The position numbers and the translations under genes are program-made. A DNA stretch of 64,000 nucleotides from the human T2T-CHM13v2.0 reference genome, Homo sapiens: assembly GCF_009914755.1 (NCBI RefSeq), contig NC_060941.1; one strand, given 5' to 3'. Position 1 is the stretch's first letter; each line of letters begins with the position of its first letter. This document shows, piece after piece, positions 1 to 17,599 of the stretch. A model generated the notes under the pieces. It made no database searches and had not been told where the DNA came from. It saw only the letters and a program-made list of their open reading frames with translations.

Positions 1-741
1 GTAGCCCTTCTTGTGGGTACGAAGTGGTTTGTCATTGTGGTTTCGATTTGCATTTTCCTAATGACTAATGATGTTGAGCATTTTTTCATGTGCTTATTGG
101 TCATTTGTGTATCTTCCTTGAAGGAATGTCTATTCAAGTCATTTGTCCATTTAAAAAATTGGGTTGTCTTCTATTGTTGCATTGTAAGAGTTCTTTAAAT
201 ATCCTGGATACAAAACTCATAACAAACATGATTCAGTTATATTCTCCCATTCTGAAGACTATCTTTTTACTTTATTAATAGTGTCCTATGAAGTACAAAA
301 GTTTTCATTTTGAAGGAGTCCAATTTAACTGTTTTTTTCTTTTGTTGCTTATGCATTTAGTGTCATATCTAAAAAACATTGCCTGATCTAAGGTCATGAA
401 GATTTACTCATATGTTTTCTTCTAAGAGTTTAATAGTCTTATCTTTTACATTTAGGTCTTTAATTCGTTTTGAAATAATTTTTTATATGGTATGAGCCAG
501 GGGCCCAACTTTATTTTTTTGTATGTGGCTAACTGGTTGTCCCAGCACCATGCAGTGAGGGACTATTCTTTCCCCATTGAATTATCTTGGCACCCTTGAT
601 GAAAATCAATTGACCATGAGTATGAGTTTGTCTCTGAATTCTCAATGTTATTTTATTGGTCTATACATCTATTCTTATGCCAGTACCACACAGTTTTGAT
701 TACTGTAGCTTTGTAATAAGTATTGAAATTGTTAATTGTGA

Positions 742-1081
<340 letters not shown>

Positions 1082-1226
1082 TCTTAGTTCCTCTTTCTTA
1101 GGACTCTTGAGTATTCTAGTTGCTTGAATTTCAATATAAATTTTGGGAGCAGCTTGTCAATTTCTACAAAAATGGCAGTGATATTTTGATAGAGATGGTG
1201 CTTAATCTGCTAAACAATTTGAGGAG

Positions 1227-1813
1227 TATGTTAGCCAGAGTTCTTCAGAGAGCCAGAACCAATGGGATACATAGGTAGAAAGATTAGATTAGATTAGATT
1301 AGATAGATAGATAGATATGAGAGGGAATTTATTAGAGGAATTAGCTCACATGATTATGATGGCTGAGAAGTCCCACCACAGGCTGTCTGTAAGCTGGAGA
1401 CGCCTGGCTTAGTCCAAGTCCAAGGGACCCAGAATCAGAGAAAGCGGTGGTGTAACTCTCAGTCTGAGGCTGAAGCCCTGATAACCTAGGGGGGCACTGG
1501 TATGAGTCCTGAAGTCCAAAGGCCAGGGAGCCTGGAGTTCTGATATTCAAGGACAGGAGAGGAAGAGTGTATCCCAGCTCTAGCATATAGATGGACAAAT
1601 ACACTTCTGTTCTGTTTTTGTTCATTCTGGGCCCCTGCCAACTGAATAGTGCCCACCTACATGGAGGGTGGATATTTTCCACCTCGCTCAGTAAGAATCA
1701 CATGCTAATCTCCTCTAGAAACATCCTCACAGATACACTCAGAAGTTATGTTTTACCAGCTTTTTAGGTATTCCTTAATCCAGTCAAGTTGACTCCTAAA
1801 ACTAACCATCATA
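1227..1813 (-). mobile_element. MLT2-family (ERVL) solo LTR with internal (AGATT)n/(AGAT)n repeat
   Basis: Ends ...ccagtcaagttgactcctaaaactaaccatcata, the reverse of the MLT2 start. 5-bp TSD AGGAG at 1222-1226 and 1814-1818. Confidence 0.85.
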
Positions 1814-2283
1814 AGGAGTACTGCCATCTTAACAATATTGTTTTCTATTCCATGAACATGTTTTTTTTTGTATGCTTAAGTCCTTTTTAACTTATTTCAT
1901 TGATGTTTTGTAGTTTTCAGTGTACAGGTTTTGCATTACTTTTATTAAATTTATTCCTAAGTACTTTATTCTTTTTGGTACTATTATAAATGGAATTGTT
2001 TACTTAACTTCACTAAATTTCCAATGTATAAAACCATAATTGATTTTTTCTTTTTATTTTTTATTTTTATTATTTTTTTTATTATACTTTAAGTTCTAGG
2101 GTACATGTGCACAATGTGCAGGTTTGTTACGTATGTATACCTGTGCCATGTTGGTGTGCTGCACCCGTTAACTCTTCATTTACATTAGGTTTATCTCCTA
2201 ATGCTATCCCTCCCCCACCCCTCACCCCACGATAGGCCCTGGTGTGTGATGTTCCCCATCCTGTGTCCAAGTGTTTTCATTGT

Positions 2284-6117
<3,834 letters not shown>

Positions 6118-6165
6118 TTATTTTGCTTGTTAGTTGATGCAGTTTCTTCCTAGTCTTGATGATCT

Positions 6166-7190
6166 TTACAATTTGGCATGTTTTTGCAGTGGCTGGTACC
6201 GGTTGTTCCTTTCCACGTTTAGTGCTTCCTTCAGGAGCTCTTGCAAGGCAGGCCTGGTGGTGACAAAATCTCTTGGCATTTGCTTGTCTGTAAAGTATTT
6301 TATTTCTCCTTCACTTATGAAGCTTAGTTTAGCTGGATATGAAATTCTGGGTTGAAAATTCTTTTCATTAAGAACGTGAATATTGGCCCCCACTCTCTTC
6401 TGGCTTGTAGAGTTTCTGCCAAGAGATCTGCTGTTAGTCTGATGGGCTTCCCTTTGTGGGTAACCCGACCTTTCTCTCTGGTGGCCCTTAATATTTTTTC
6501 CTTCATTTCAACTTTGGTGATTCTGAAAATTATGTGTCTTGGAGTTGCTCTTCTTGAGATGTATCTTTGTGGTGTTCTCTGTATTTCCTGAATTTGAATG
6601 TTGGCCTGTCTTTTTAGGTTAGGGAAGTTCTCCTGGATAATATTCTGAAGAGTGTTTTCCAACTTGGTTCCATTCTCCCTGTCACTTTCAGGTACACCAA
6701 TCAGGCGTAGATTTGGTCTTTTCACATAGTCCCATATTTCTTGGAGGCTTTGTTTGTTTCTTTTTACTCTTTTTTCTCTAAACTTCTCTTCTCGCTTCAT
6801 TTCATTCATTTGATCTTCAATCACTGATAACCTTTCTTCCACTTGATCGAATTGGCTACTGAAGCTTGTGCATGTGTCATGTAGTTCTTGTGCCATGGTT
6901 TTAAGCTCCATCAGGTCATTTAAGGTCTTCTCTATGCTGTTTATTCTAGTTAGCCATTCATCTAATCTTTTTTCAAGGTTTTTAGCCTCTTTGCAATGGA
7001 TTCGAACACTCTCCTTTAGCTCAGAGAAGTTTGTTATTACCGATCATCTGAAGCCTTCTTCTCTCAGCTTGTCAAAGTCATTCTCCATCCAATTTTTGTC
7101 CATTGCTGGTGAGGAGCTGTGTTCCTTTGGAGGAGAAGAGGCACTCTGATTTTTAGAATTTTCAGCTTTTCTGCTCCGGTTTCTCCCCAT
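6166..7190 (-). pseudogene. L1 ORF1, disrupted
   Basis: Starts MGRNRSRKAENSK at 7190. Premature TGA (CpG decay) at 7046-7044 and a frameshift near 6375 (WGPIF|TFL vs ...EKNFQPRISYPAKL). Ends KHAKL-TAA at 6166. Confidence 0.92.
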
Positions 7191-8260
7191 CTTTGTGGTT
7201 TTATCTACATTTGGTCTTTGATGATGGTGACGTACAGATGGGGTTTTGGTGTGGATGTCCTTTCTGTTTGTTAGTTTTCCTTCTAACAGTCAGGATCCTC
7301 AGCTGCAGATCTGTTGGAGTTTGCTGGAGGTCCACTCCAGAACCTGTTTGCCTGGGTATCATCAGCGGAAGCTGCAGAACAGCAAATATTGCAGAATGGC
7401 AAATGTTGCTGCCTGAACATTCCTCTGGATGCTTCATCTCAGAGGGGCACCCAGCTGTATGAGGTGTCAGTCGGCCCCTATTGGGAGGTGTCTCTCAGTT
7501 AGTCTACTTGGGGGTCAGAGACCCACTTGAGGAGGCAGTCTGTCCATTCTGAGATCTCAAACTCTGTGCTGGGAGAAGCACTACTCTCTTCAAAGCTGTC
7601 AGACAGGGATGTTTAAGTCTTCAGAAGTTTCTGCTGCCTTTTGTTCAGCTATGCCCTGCCCCCACAGGTGGAGTCTACAGAGGCAGGCAGGCCTTCTCAA
7701 GCTGCAGTGGGCTCCACTCAGTTCGAGCTTCCTGGCTGCTTTGTTTACCTACTCAAGCCTCAGCAATGGCAGACACCCCTCCCCCAGCCTCACTGCCACC
7801 TTGCAGTTCGATCTCAGACTGCTGTGCTAGCAGTGAGTGAGGCTCCATGGGCATAGGACCCTCTGAGCCAGGCATGGGATATAATCTCCTGGTGTGCCAT
7901 TTGCTAACACCATTGGAAAAGTGCAGTATTAGTGTGAGAGTGTCCTGATTTTCCAGGTACCGTCTGTCACAGCTTCCCTTGGCTAGGAAAGGGAGTTCCC
8001 TGACCCCTTGCCCTTCCAGGGTGAGGCAATGCCCCACTCTGCTCCGTGGGCTGCACCCACTGTCTAACAAGCCCCAGTGAGATGAACCTGGTACCTCATT
8101 TGGAAATGCAGAAGTCACCTGTCTTCTGCATCACTCACGCTGGGAGCTGTAGAATGGAGCTGTTCCTATTTGGCCACCTTGGACTGTTTTTTCCATACTT
8201 GATTTTTGTATATTGAGCTTGTAAATCCTGCAACCTTGCTGAACTCATTTATTAACTCTA

Positions 8261-8420
8261 TTTTTTATTGTTTTTTTTTTAGAGTTTTATTTTATTTTTT
8301 AAAAATAGAGATGAGTCTCACTATGTTTCCCAGGCTGGTCTCAAACTCCTGAGCTCAGGTGATCCTTTTGCCTCAGCCTCCCAAAGTGCTGGGATTACAG
8401 GTGTGAGCCACCATGCCCGA
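8261..8420 (-). mobile_element. FLAM/Alu left monomer
   Basis: Single Alu left arm with T-rich tail, flanked by the imperfect repeat ctca(t/c)ttatta(a/g)ctcta. Confidence 0.82.
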
Positions 8421-9156
8421 CTCACTTATTAGCTCTAATAGAGATTTTTTTGTGGGTTCTGTAGGGTTTTCTATATACAGGATCATGTCATCTGCAAACA
8501 TGGTTTTACTTCTTCCTTTCCAATCTGGATGGCTTATATTTATTTTCTTTGCCAAAGTGACCTGAATGGAGTCCCCAGCACAATGCTGAGTAGAAGTGTT
8601 GAGAACAGACATCCTTATCTTGTTTCTGATCTTATGGGGAAAGATTTTACTCTTCTGTTATTATGTATGATGTTATCTGTTAGCTGTTCATACTATTGTT
8701 CGTAGTATTTCCTTATAATCCTTTCCCTTTCTGTAAGGTCAGTAGTAATGTCATTTCTTCTATTCCTTATTTTAGTAATTTGGAGGATGTTTCTTTTTTT
8801 TCTTGATTATTCTAGTAAATGTTTGTCAACCTTGTTGATCTTTTAAGAGAACCAACTTATGTTTTGTCTATTTTCTCTACGGTGTTTATATTCTCTATTT
8901 TCTTTACTTTTGCTTTTATCATTATTATCTCCTTCCTTCTGTGAGCATTGGGTTTAGTTTGCTCTTCTTTTTCTAGTTTTTAATATGGAAGGTTAGATTT
9001 TTTAAATTTGAGAGCTGGTAAATCCAACATCTGGATTTCTTCAGGGACAGTTTACATTGACTTCTTTTGCTGTGTTTTATTTTATTTTCCTGTGTAGATG
9101 CCCTAATTTTTGTTTCTTTTCATGTCCCATAATTTTGGTTAGAAACTGGACTTTTT

Positions 9157-10117
9157 TTAAAAATTATACTTTAAGATCTGGGATATATGTGCAGAACGTG
9201 CAGGTTTGTTACATAGGTATACATGTGCCATGGGGGTTTGTTGCACCCATCAACCTGCCATCTACATTAGGTATTTCTCCTAATGCTATCCCTTTCCTAG
9301 CCCCCCACCTCCTGGCAGGCCTCAGTGTGTGATGTTCCCCTCCCTGTGTACATATGTTCTCATTGTTCAACTCCCACTTAGGAGTGAGAACATGCAGTGT
9401 TTGGTTTTCTGTTCTTGTGTTAGTTTGCTGAGAATGATGGTTTCCAGATTCATCCATTTCGCAGCAAAGGACATGAACTCATCTTTTTTTATGGCTGCAC
9501 AGTATTCTATGGTGTATATGTGCCACATTTTCTTTATCCAATCTATCACTGATGGGCATTTGGGTTGGTTCCAAGTCTTTGCTATTGTGAACAGTGCTGC
9601 AATAAACATATGTGCGCATGTGTCTTTATAGTAGAATGATTAATAATCCTTTGGGTGTATACCCAATAGGATTGCTGGGTCAAATGGTATTTCTGGTTCT
9701 AGATCCTTGAGGAATCACCACACTATCTTCTACAATGGTTGAACTAATTTACACTTCCAGCAACAGTGTAAAAGCGTTTCTATTTCTCCGCATCCTCTCC
9801 AGCATCTGTTGTTTCCTGGCTTTTTAATGATTGCCTTTCTAACTGGTGTGAGATGGTATCTCATTGTGGTTTTGATTTGCATTTCTCTAATGAGCAGAGA
9901 TGATGAGCTTTTTGCTTAAGTTTGTTGGCCACATAAATGTCTTCTTTGTGAAGTGTCTGTTCATATCCTTTGCCCACATTTTGATGGGGTTGTTCGTATT
10001 TTTCTTGTAAATTTGTTTAAGTTCTCTGTAGATTCTGGATATTAGCCCTTTGTCAGATGGATAGATTGCAAAAATTTTCTCCCATTCTGTAGGTTGCCTG
10101 TTCACTCTGATGATAGG
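9157..10117 (-). mobile_element. 5'-truncated LINE-1 3' end, L1PA7/8-like
   Basis: L1 3' UTR and ORF2 C-terminus (FIAALFTIAKTWNQPKCPS). TSD GAA(A/G)CTGGAC(T/A)TTTT at 9142-9156 and 10118-10132. Confidence 0.9.
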
Positions 10118-10412
10118 GAAGCTGGACATTTTAAATAATATAATATGGCAATCCTGAAAAGCAGATTCTCCATGCAAATTTTGTTGTTGCATTTTATTTG
10201 CTTTTATGTTCAGGTTTAATGACTTTTACAAGATAATTCTGTAAAGTCTGCATTTTTTGTCACATGTGGCCACTGAAATCTCTTATCAGCTTAGTGTTTA
10301 GCTAGTGACTGGATAGAAATTTCCTCAGACACTTGGGGCCAGTAAGTCTTTCAGTCTTTGCCAGGGAGCTCTGTGTGTTGGGGCTCACTTTCAACAACAG
10401 AAGGGCTGTTTA

Positions 10413-10732
<320 letters not shown>

Positions 10733-12200
10733 CCTACTCTGCCTTAGCTTTCACTTCCTGTTTGCTCAGTGCCTCAAATTTAGTCAGAGGTGAGAGCTTA
10801 GGGTCTTTTCAAGTCTTTCTGAGCATTTATACAGCCCTAAGCAGGTACAATGTCATATGTATGTGTGTGGCCTTCTAGATTTTGCATAGCTTTGTGAGGT
10901 GTTGATAATATCACTCAATGGTCTTTGAACTGAGGCTGAAAGATATTAAGAGACTTACTAAAGTACTCCATCAAGCAGTGAGAGATGCCAGATTTAAATC
11001 CAAAGTTATGCTCTTTCTTTTCCAAGAAGCAAGACCTCTGCAACTTCCATGGGTGTTCCTCTTCTGTGCTTTTTGGCAATCCTAGCTTTCACCCAGCATG
11101 GAATTCCTCCATACCAAGTTTGGGACTGAAAGATGAGCTCTTGGGGGTTGGCAAGTGTCTGGGGACAGAGACTTAAAGCCAAAGCTGATTGTAAGAAATC
11201 TCAAGGATGGGGGAAGGAAGTCTTGCCCCATGTGTGATGAGTGAGAGACAAGTAACTGCCTGTGCATCTGAGGACTGGGAGGACATTTGGGGCCATCACA
11301 GATGACTGTAGTCCTTTTTAAGAGCCAAGTCATTTCTTGGGCATGCATTACAGGGACCTGGCCCTATGACAAACACTTAGACTACAGTAGGTCTATAAAA
11401 CAGCAAAAAGGAAATAAACAAACAAGCAAATCTCAGCCAATGAGTTACTGAAGTGGTGTATGATTTTAGAGTCTAAGATCCTAACTCCAAAGATCTACCA
11501 ATTTGTTTTTCTTGAGTCTTTTCCATGGAATCATTGACAGGTGGTCACCTTCAATAACAGGGAACATATTACTTTCCAATCAACTCATTCCTTCTTCAGG
11601 CTCCTCTGCTTGTAGATAGAGAACCCAATACAGTGGAGGGAGCAGACTCCTCTGACTTCCAAGCTTTTGTTCTTGGCTTCAACCCTTTTAATCCATGTGG
11701 CTTTGCCAAGTCACTTCCCTTCTTTAAGTCTGTTTCTTCATCTGAAAAATGGAGAAAAAAAATTCCTGCTTGGCCAGGTTGCTTGAGTGTTGATGACATA
11801 AAGCAATTGAACTTACCTGGTAGAGGAGCACAATAGCGGTAGCCATTGTTGAAGTTCTTCCCTCTAAGAAACTAAAATCTTTGTCGCAGCAGTTTTCACC
11901 CAATGTTGTTAATTCTGCTCCTTTAGACCACTTCCCCAACTCATGCTTTCAGATTACTGCATACAGTGACTGTATTGCCTCTTTTTGGGTAGGCTAAACC
12001 ACTCCACTCTTTAAAAACACTCCTCAATTATATGACCTTAACTCCTTTTACCACCCAATTTCCTCTCCTTTGAAGATAAGGCCCACTCTCTCCCCAGCTC
12101 ATAATGTGTGAAGGTTTTCAGGCTGTCCTGGCCAGCAGAACAAGAAGAGTGAGATCCACTCCCTCATTCCAAAGCTTATACTTCTTGTAAAGCAACCCAA

Positions 12201-12243
12201 GCTCACCTTCATTTTCCTATTATGCTCACCTTCATTTTCCTAT
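12201..12243. repeat. Tandem duplication, 20-bp unit
   Basis: GCTCACCTTCATTTTCCTAT at 12201-12220 and 12224-12243. Confidence 0.95.
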
Positions 12244-15200
12244 CCTGGGTCACATGTTTGCACCTAAATTTGTGAAGTACAAAGTCAGTATCTTTCCTAT
12301 CCCTGCTAAAATGCATCTTGTTAGAGACAGCACAGTGTCCCAGGCTGCTGAGACCTCGATTCTCACATCTGTCTCAAAGCCTATAAATTGGCAAAAATAA
12401 TGAGAATACATCGTATTACATCACCCAAGTTCTCCTCACTTTCCCACACTCTTCTACCCACCAATCGCAAATGTCCTGGGTAGATGAGCACCTGAGGCTA
12501 TTTTAACAAGAGTGAGAGTGGAGCCTGGAAAATGCTTAATTTAAACTTAAACCCACAAGTATTTGTTGAGTGCCTGATATGCAGCAGGCATTTGCAAACA
12601 CAGTCTTCTGACCTTCACAACACTCCTCAGTGTGGAGTATCATAAACCCATTTTACAAATGGGAATCAAAGAAGTCAAGCAATTTGTACAAGATCACATA
12701 GCTAATAAGCTTCAAGGATATGGCACAAGTCTGGGAGGTTTGTTTGACTCCAGAACCCATATTATTTTCCTATCTTGTCTAGGTTTCTCATGCTGCTAAT
12801 GGAGTCTATAAGCAGTTCTTAAAGTGCATGCAAATCACCTGAGAAATATGTTAAAAATGAAAGTCCACCCTCACCCCCCACATTCTGATTCAGTAGGTCT
12901 GGAGAGAGGCTCAGTCACCTTTAAGAAATGCTAGGTGATTCTGAGGCTAGTGGTTCACAGACAACACCTGCCTTGCCAGCTCAGCTACTGGGCACCAAAA
13001 GTCAATTCCCAAATATTGCTTTTGGACCAGCATAAATAATAACAGCCAGCCTTTCCTAGCTGAGAGAGATGGTCAGAGCTCTCCTCAGCCATTGTCTCTC
13101 ATTGCTCCCATGGGATTTTTCAGCCTAGAGCCTAAATATTGCCTCCTTCTGTGACTTTTGACTTGCTTTCTAGATCTGGCCAGAGGAAGCAAGAAACCCT
13201 AGGTGTGGATGTTGCAATGGCAGATTATGTAACACCTCTGGAGTGCTCCCTGCATCACATAATCTCTGACAGTGGAAATGAGACCTTCCCAGGCTGCCTG
13301 TCCATGCCTTGTCCCAAACCATGAAAATGTACATAGAGCAACAAATGGCTGCTTGGCGCACCATGGCCCATAATCACTGCTTCCCATCCCCCTCACACCA
13401 AGACACTGCATCAGTCACCATTGGCATTTAAAGACATTTGCTTCACTGATCTTCTACCCTCCCCTATCTTTTTGCCTGTGGTCATCCAGGGCTGTTTCTT
13501 AAAGTCACCCCTCTCGGTCATGAGATTAAAAAGAGAAAACTGCCTCTTCCTTCCTTTTGGGATGTGAGTAATGATTGAATCCTTCTTGGGGTTAGCATGC
13601 CGCAATAAGGTTTCCGCGAAAGGATCTGAAGTTTAATAAGCTCATGGGCTCTCTGACTGCATTTTGTTTGTTCTACATGGCATGAAAAATTCAGAGACCA
13701 GGCTAAAATGTCTATGTAACTTAGAATAAACTACCTTACCTCCCTGAAATCTAGTTCCTTTATCAGTAAAATAGGGATAACAACCGTAACTGCCTCTTTG
13801 TTGTTGAGATCATTGAATAGAAACGTACGTACACAGAGCTCAGCAAAGTTGTGGCACGGAGTAGGTGCTCCATGCATATTGTCATTGTTCTCTACATCTT
13901 GCTACACACAGTGCAGTCCCCAATGAGGCAGCATCTGCATCACCCTGGAGCTTGTTAAACATGCAGGATTTCATCCCCATCCCAGACCCATTCAACCAAA
14001 GTCTGCATGTTAACAAGTTCCCCAGGAATTGCAACCCACATTGAAGCTTGAGGAGCAGTGGTTAGATCACTATCCAGCAGGGTGAGAAGGCTGGGAATGG
14101 GGACAGTGACAGCTTTCTAGCCAACATTTTTATCTTTTTGCACTGCTTGCCACCCCTGCCACCCAGTGCCAAATTCACATTCCATCTTCCTGTATGAGTG
14201 ATGGTACTAAAACAGAACTCTGGCCTCTTCACTCTTGCACATGTAGATGGTTCCCTGATGCCTAAAGGATAAAGGACCAACTCTGTGGAGTGGCACGCAA
14301 GGCCCATCAGCATCTGGCCAGATCTTGTCTTTTCATCATTGTTCGATGCCCACTCTACAGCTGCAGATACTGTGCTGTGGCTACAATGAGAAATGTCTGT
14401 CATTCCCAAAGGCAGCCTTCACTTTCAGGCCTCCACTCCTCATTCTAGAGATGGTCCCTTCCCCAAGGGACACTCGGTCCTCTCATCACCTCCAAGTTTC
14501 CTCATGCTCCACTTCCTGGAACGTTCTCTGCCTCCAAAACCCTGTTCAGCATTCAAGGCTCGGCTCCACTGCTATTTTCAGAATATGTGCAGACCAGTGG
14601 CCAGGTATAAAATGCCCATGATGGATGAATATCTTAGATGGGTTCTTCCTTGGCCCATCGGCAACTATTTAAATCTCCTTGGGCATGTCACCTAAACTTT
14701 TGAGCCTCAAGCACTCCTTCCAATCCCAGCTGGGTGAAGAAGATAAGAAAGGTGCCAACCTCAGAGAATTGTTATGAGGATCCTTGGGGGTCACTATACC
14801 TAACATAGTGACTGGTACACAGTAAATGCTCAATAAAAACTAGCTAAGCCCACTACAGTATAAACCTACTACAGTGCAATTTCCATAAAGTGCCTGGGTT
14901 TGTTTTCTTTACCAATATAATCCCAGTACCTGGCTCAGTTTCTGATACACAGTATATGCTCAATAAATATTTGCTAAATAAATGAATGCCTAAAATGTGT
15001 TATGCAAATTGCAAAGCTCTGTCTTGATTGTTTTTGTAATCAAGATTTAGATAACTTGATAAAGAGAATGAGAGGAAGAGATCATAAATATATTATTATT
15101 GTTAATTGCTGACTTATGGCTGTCTTCCAGATGCATATAGACAGGCTATGGCTTTTTCATGCACGATTCTAAGAATACACAACACGGGTTTTTTTCCCAT

Positions 15201-16438
15201 TATTTCAACATCTTATCCAATCTGTTTTCAGTTCCCCCATCACCATAACAACTTGCACTTCCCATAATAACTGTTTAGAGCTGCAATATTCTCTTGATCC
15301 CCTGCAATCACCAATTAGGCTCTAAAAACTCCATTACTCTGTCCACCTTCAAGCTTCTAGGAGGTCTGTCCTTGATCATCCTCCAATCTCAAAAATGCTG
15401 ACATATTCTTTTCTAGGAAAAACAATGAAAGAGGTCCTGTGAAGATATAGGCCAAACACCTGAATGAGAGATAGGAGATAAGAGTTGCTTTATAAAGGAG
15501 CCTTTAATTAGGAAGACAAGCACAACAAAAGAATGGAAATAACCCTTTCCCAACATGATTACCATCATCTGTTTCTTCCAGGCCAACAGTGATGTCCTCA
15601 CCCCTCACACTCTGCCAAGAGTCTTTCTCAAACAAAGAGACTTGGACTGAAGAGGCTGAAGATGGCCTCTATCCCAGGGAATCTCAGATGTTAATACACA
15701 CAGCTTGTTAAGTGGTGGAATCACCTGCAAGTATTGTAGTGGCAGATTCTGGAAGTTAGTAGATCTGTGGGGGAACCTGAGATTCTGTGTTTCCCAAAAG
15801 CTCCGATGTTGCTGGTGTGTGGAATATCCTTTGAGCAACAGGAGCTTACTCTATCTCTGAGCTATGAATACCATCATTCTTCTGGAAATGTATGAGCCAA
15901 GTCCTCACTAAATAACTTGTAACTTTTTTTTGTACACTTACTGTATGGTAGGCAGTGTGATAGGCATTTCAACTAGCTTACTCGATGGAATGTATTCACA
16001 ACCCCATTTTATAGATGAAGAACTTGAGTCTCAGGGAAGTGAAATGAGCCTTCTTAATTGCTGGTCTTTCATTCCTTGGGCTGTGGAATTGTGGGCTTGA
16101 GCTTCAGCTGCGGAAGCTCTGGCTATGAACAAGAACCACTCTCCTGAGAACACCAGGATACTAGTGGGCATTTGTCTTGTGCATTTCCATTTCTGCCCCT
16201 ACAAGACAATCTCCATGATCTGAAAATGATTTAGCACCCACTTGCTATTACTCACACAGGTTCTTGTGGATAAAACTTCCTCAAGAAAACGGGCTTCAAG
16301 CCACCTTTGTTAGAGTTACCAAAGATGGTTAGAATAAACGTGTATTTGTAACAGCATGTTGTAAGCCTCGAATATACATAATAAAATATTTAAATGAACA
16401 AAAAAATGCATATATATCTGTTCCCATCCAGATCATGT

Positions 16439-16853
16439 CTATGACTGGTTAATTTTCCACCAAGTTGCCTTTTCCTCCTGGGCACATAGCTAGAGTACAT
16501 CTCTCAGGCTCCTACCTGGGGTCATGAGACCAGTTCTTGCCAATGGGCTGTGAGTGGAAGTGACATGGCCTCCACACTGCGGCAATTAAGACTGGGGGTG
16601 TCTCCACATTCCCACCCCATTCTCTCACTTGTGGGATAGACATAGAAGACCCGGGATAGGAATCTGAGGCTATAAGAAATGATAGAGCCATTTGATGGGG
16701 GAGCTTGGGTCCCAGAATAAACCCAGAGTAAAATTGAGAACTCTGGCCCCACTGACCCATACTGGGTTGCCACATGGAGAAGAAGCCTTTACCTTACGCA
16801 GCCATTGAAACTGTCGGATTATTTGGTAAAAGTTGGCTTTTCCTAACTAATAC
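16439..16853 (+). mobile_element. Old MaLR LTR (MLT1I/J-like)
   Basis: Motifs ggggtcatgagaccagttcttgccaatgggctgtgagtggaagtgac and a terminal ctaactaataca resemble MLT1 consensus. Confidence 0.55.
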
Positions 16854-17553
16854 ATAGATTGAATGAATATTGGTAGGTGGAGCCCAGAAATCTGAATTTC
16901 TTAGAACACCTTCAGGTAATTCTGAAAAACTGAAGTTTCCTGAAAAGGATAATGGCTGGGACACAGGCCAGAAGTGTGTTTGTGTGGCCCAAATAGTTGT
17001 GTGAAAGATAACAATTCACAGTGACTCTTTTCCGTCGTGCGTTATCCTCATGCCCGCTCCTTCCTCATTCCTGTTTGTGGCACAAAACATCAGAAACTAA
17101 GCACACCCTTTATAGCCTGTTGTGCTAGCACTTGCTTTCTCGCAGATGGAAAAGTTGATTTCTAGAACATGAGCTCAATCTCAGAGCACTTGATAAGCTG
17201 ATTGAAACGTAAGTCACAAAGCCTGGATGCACACCAAGTATTTTATCTATTGAAACAGCAAAGCTCAAAGAGGATTCATCTTTATCTTCATATTTATCAT
17301 CTTTTCTGTCCATTCAGAGTCAAAAACCAAGCCTTGAGGCAGTGTGGGGGTTGGGGTTAAGCGAAAGAAAATGGCAGCATATCTATTTTAGGGAATGGGA
17401 AAGTACGAGTGGGTTTGGAAGTTTCTCTCAACTACCAATACTTGAAAGCAGGTACCTGCCAACCCCAAAATACGGGTCTTCAAGTGACTCTTGTTTCTCT
17501 CCTTACTGTGAGACTCCAGTGGCACAATAGCATAGCAGCTCCCTTCACCCCCA

Positions 17554-17562
17554 ACACGCGCG

Positions 17563-17598
<36 letters not shown>

Positions 17599-17599
17599 T
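17554..17599. repeat. (CG)n/(CA)n alternating purine-pyrimidine microsatellite
   Basis: acacgcgcgcacgcgcg(ca)14t, 46 nt of uninterrupted alternation. Confidence 0.95.

Noticed and set aside
12201-12243. Short direct repeats as a CRISPR-like array
   Set aside because: Only two units with no spacers, in human DNA. This is an ordinary slippage duplication.
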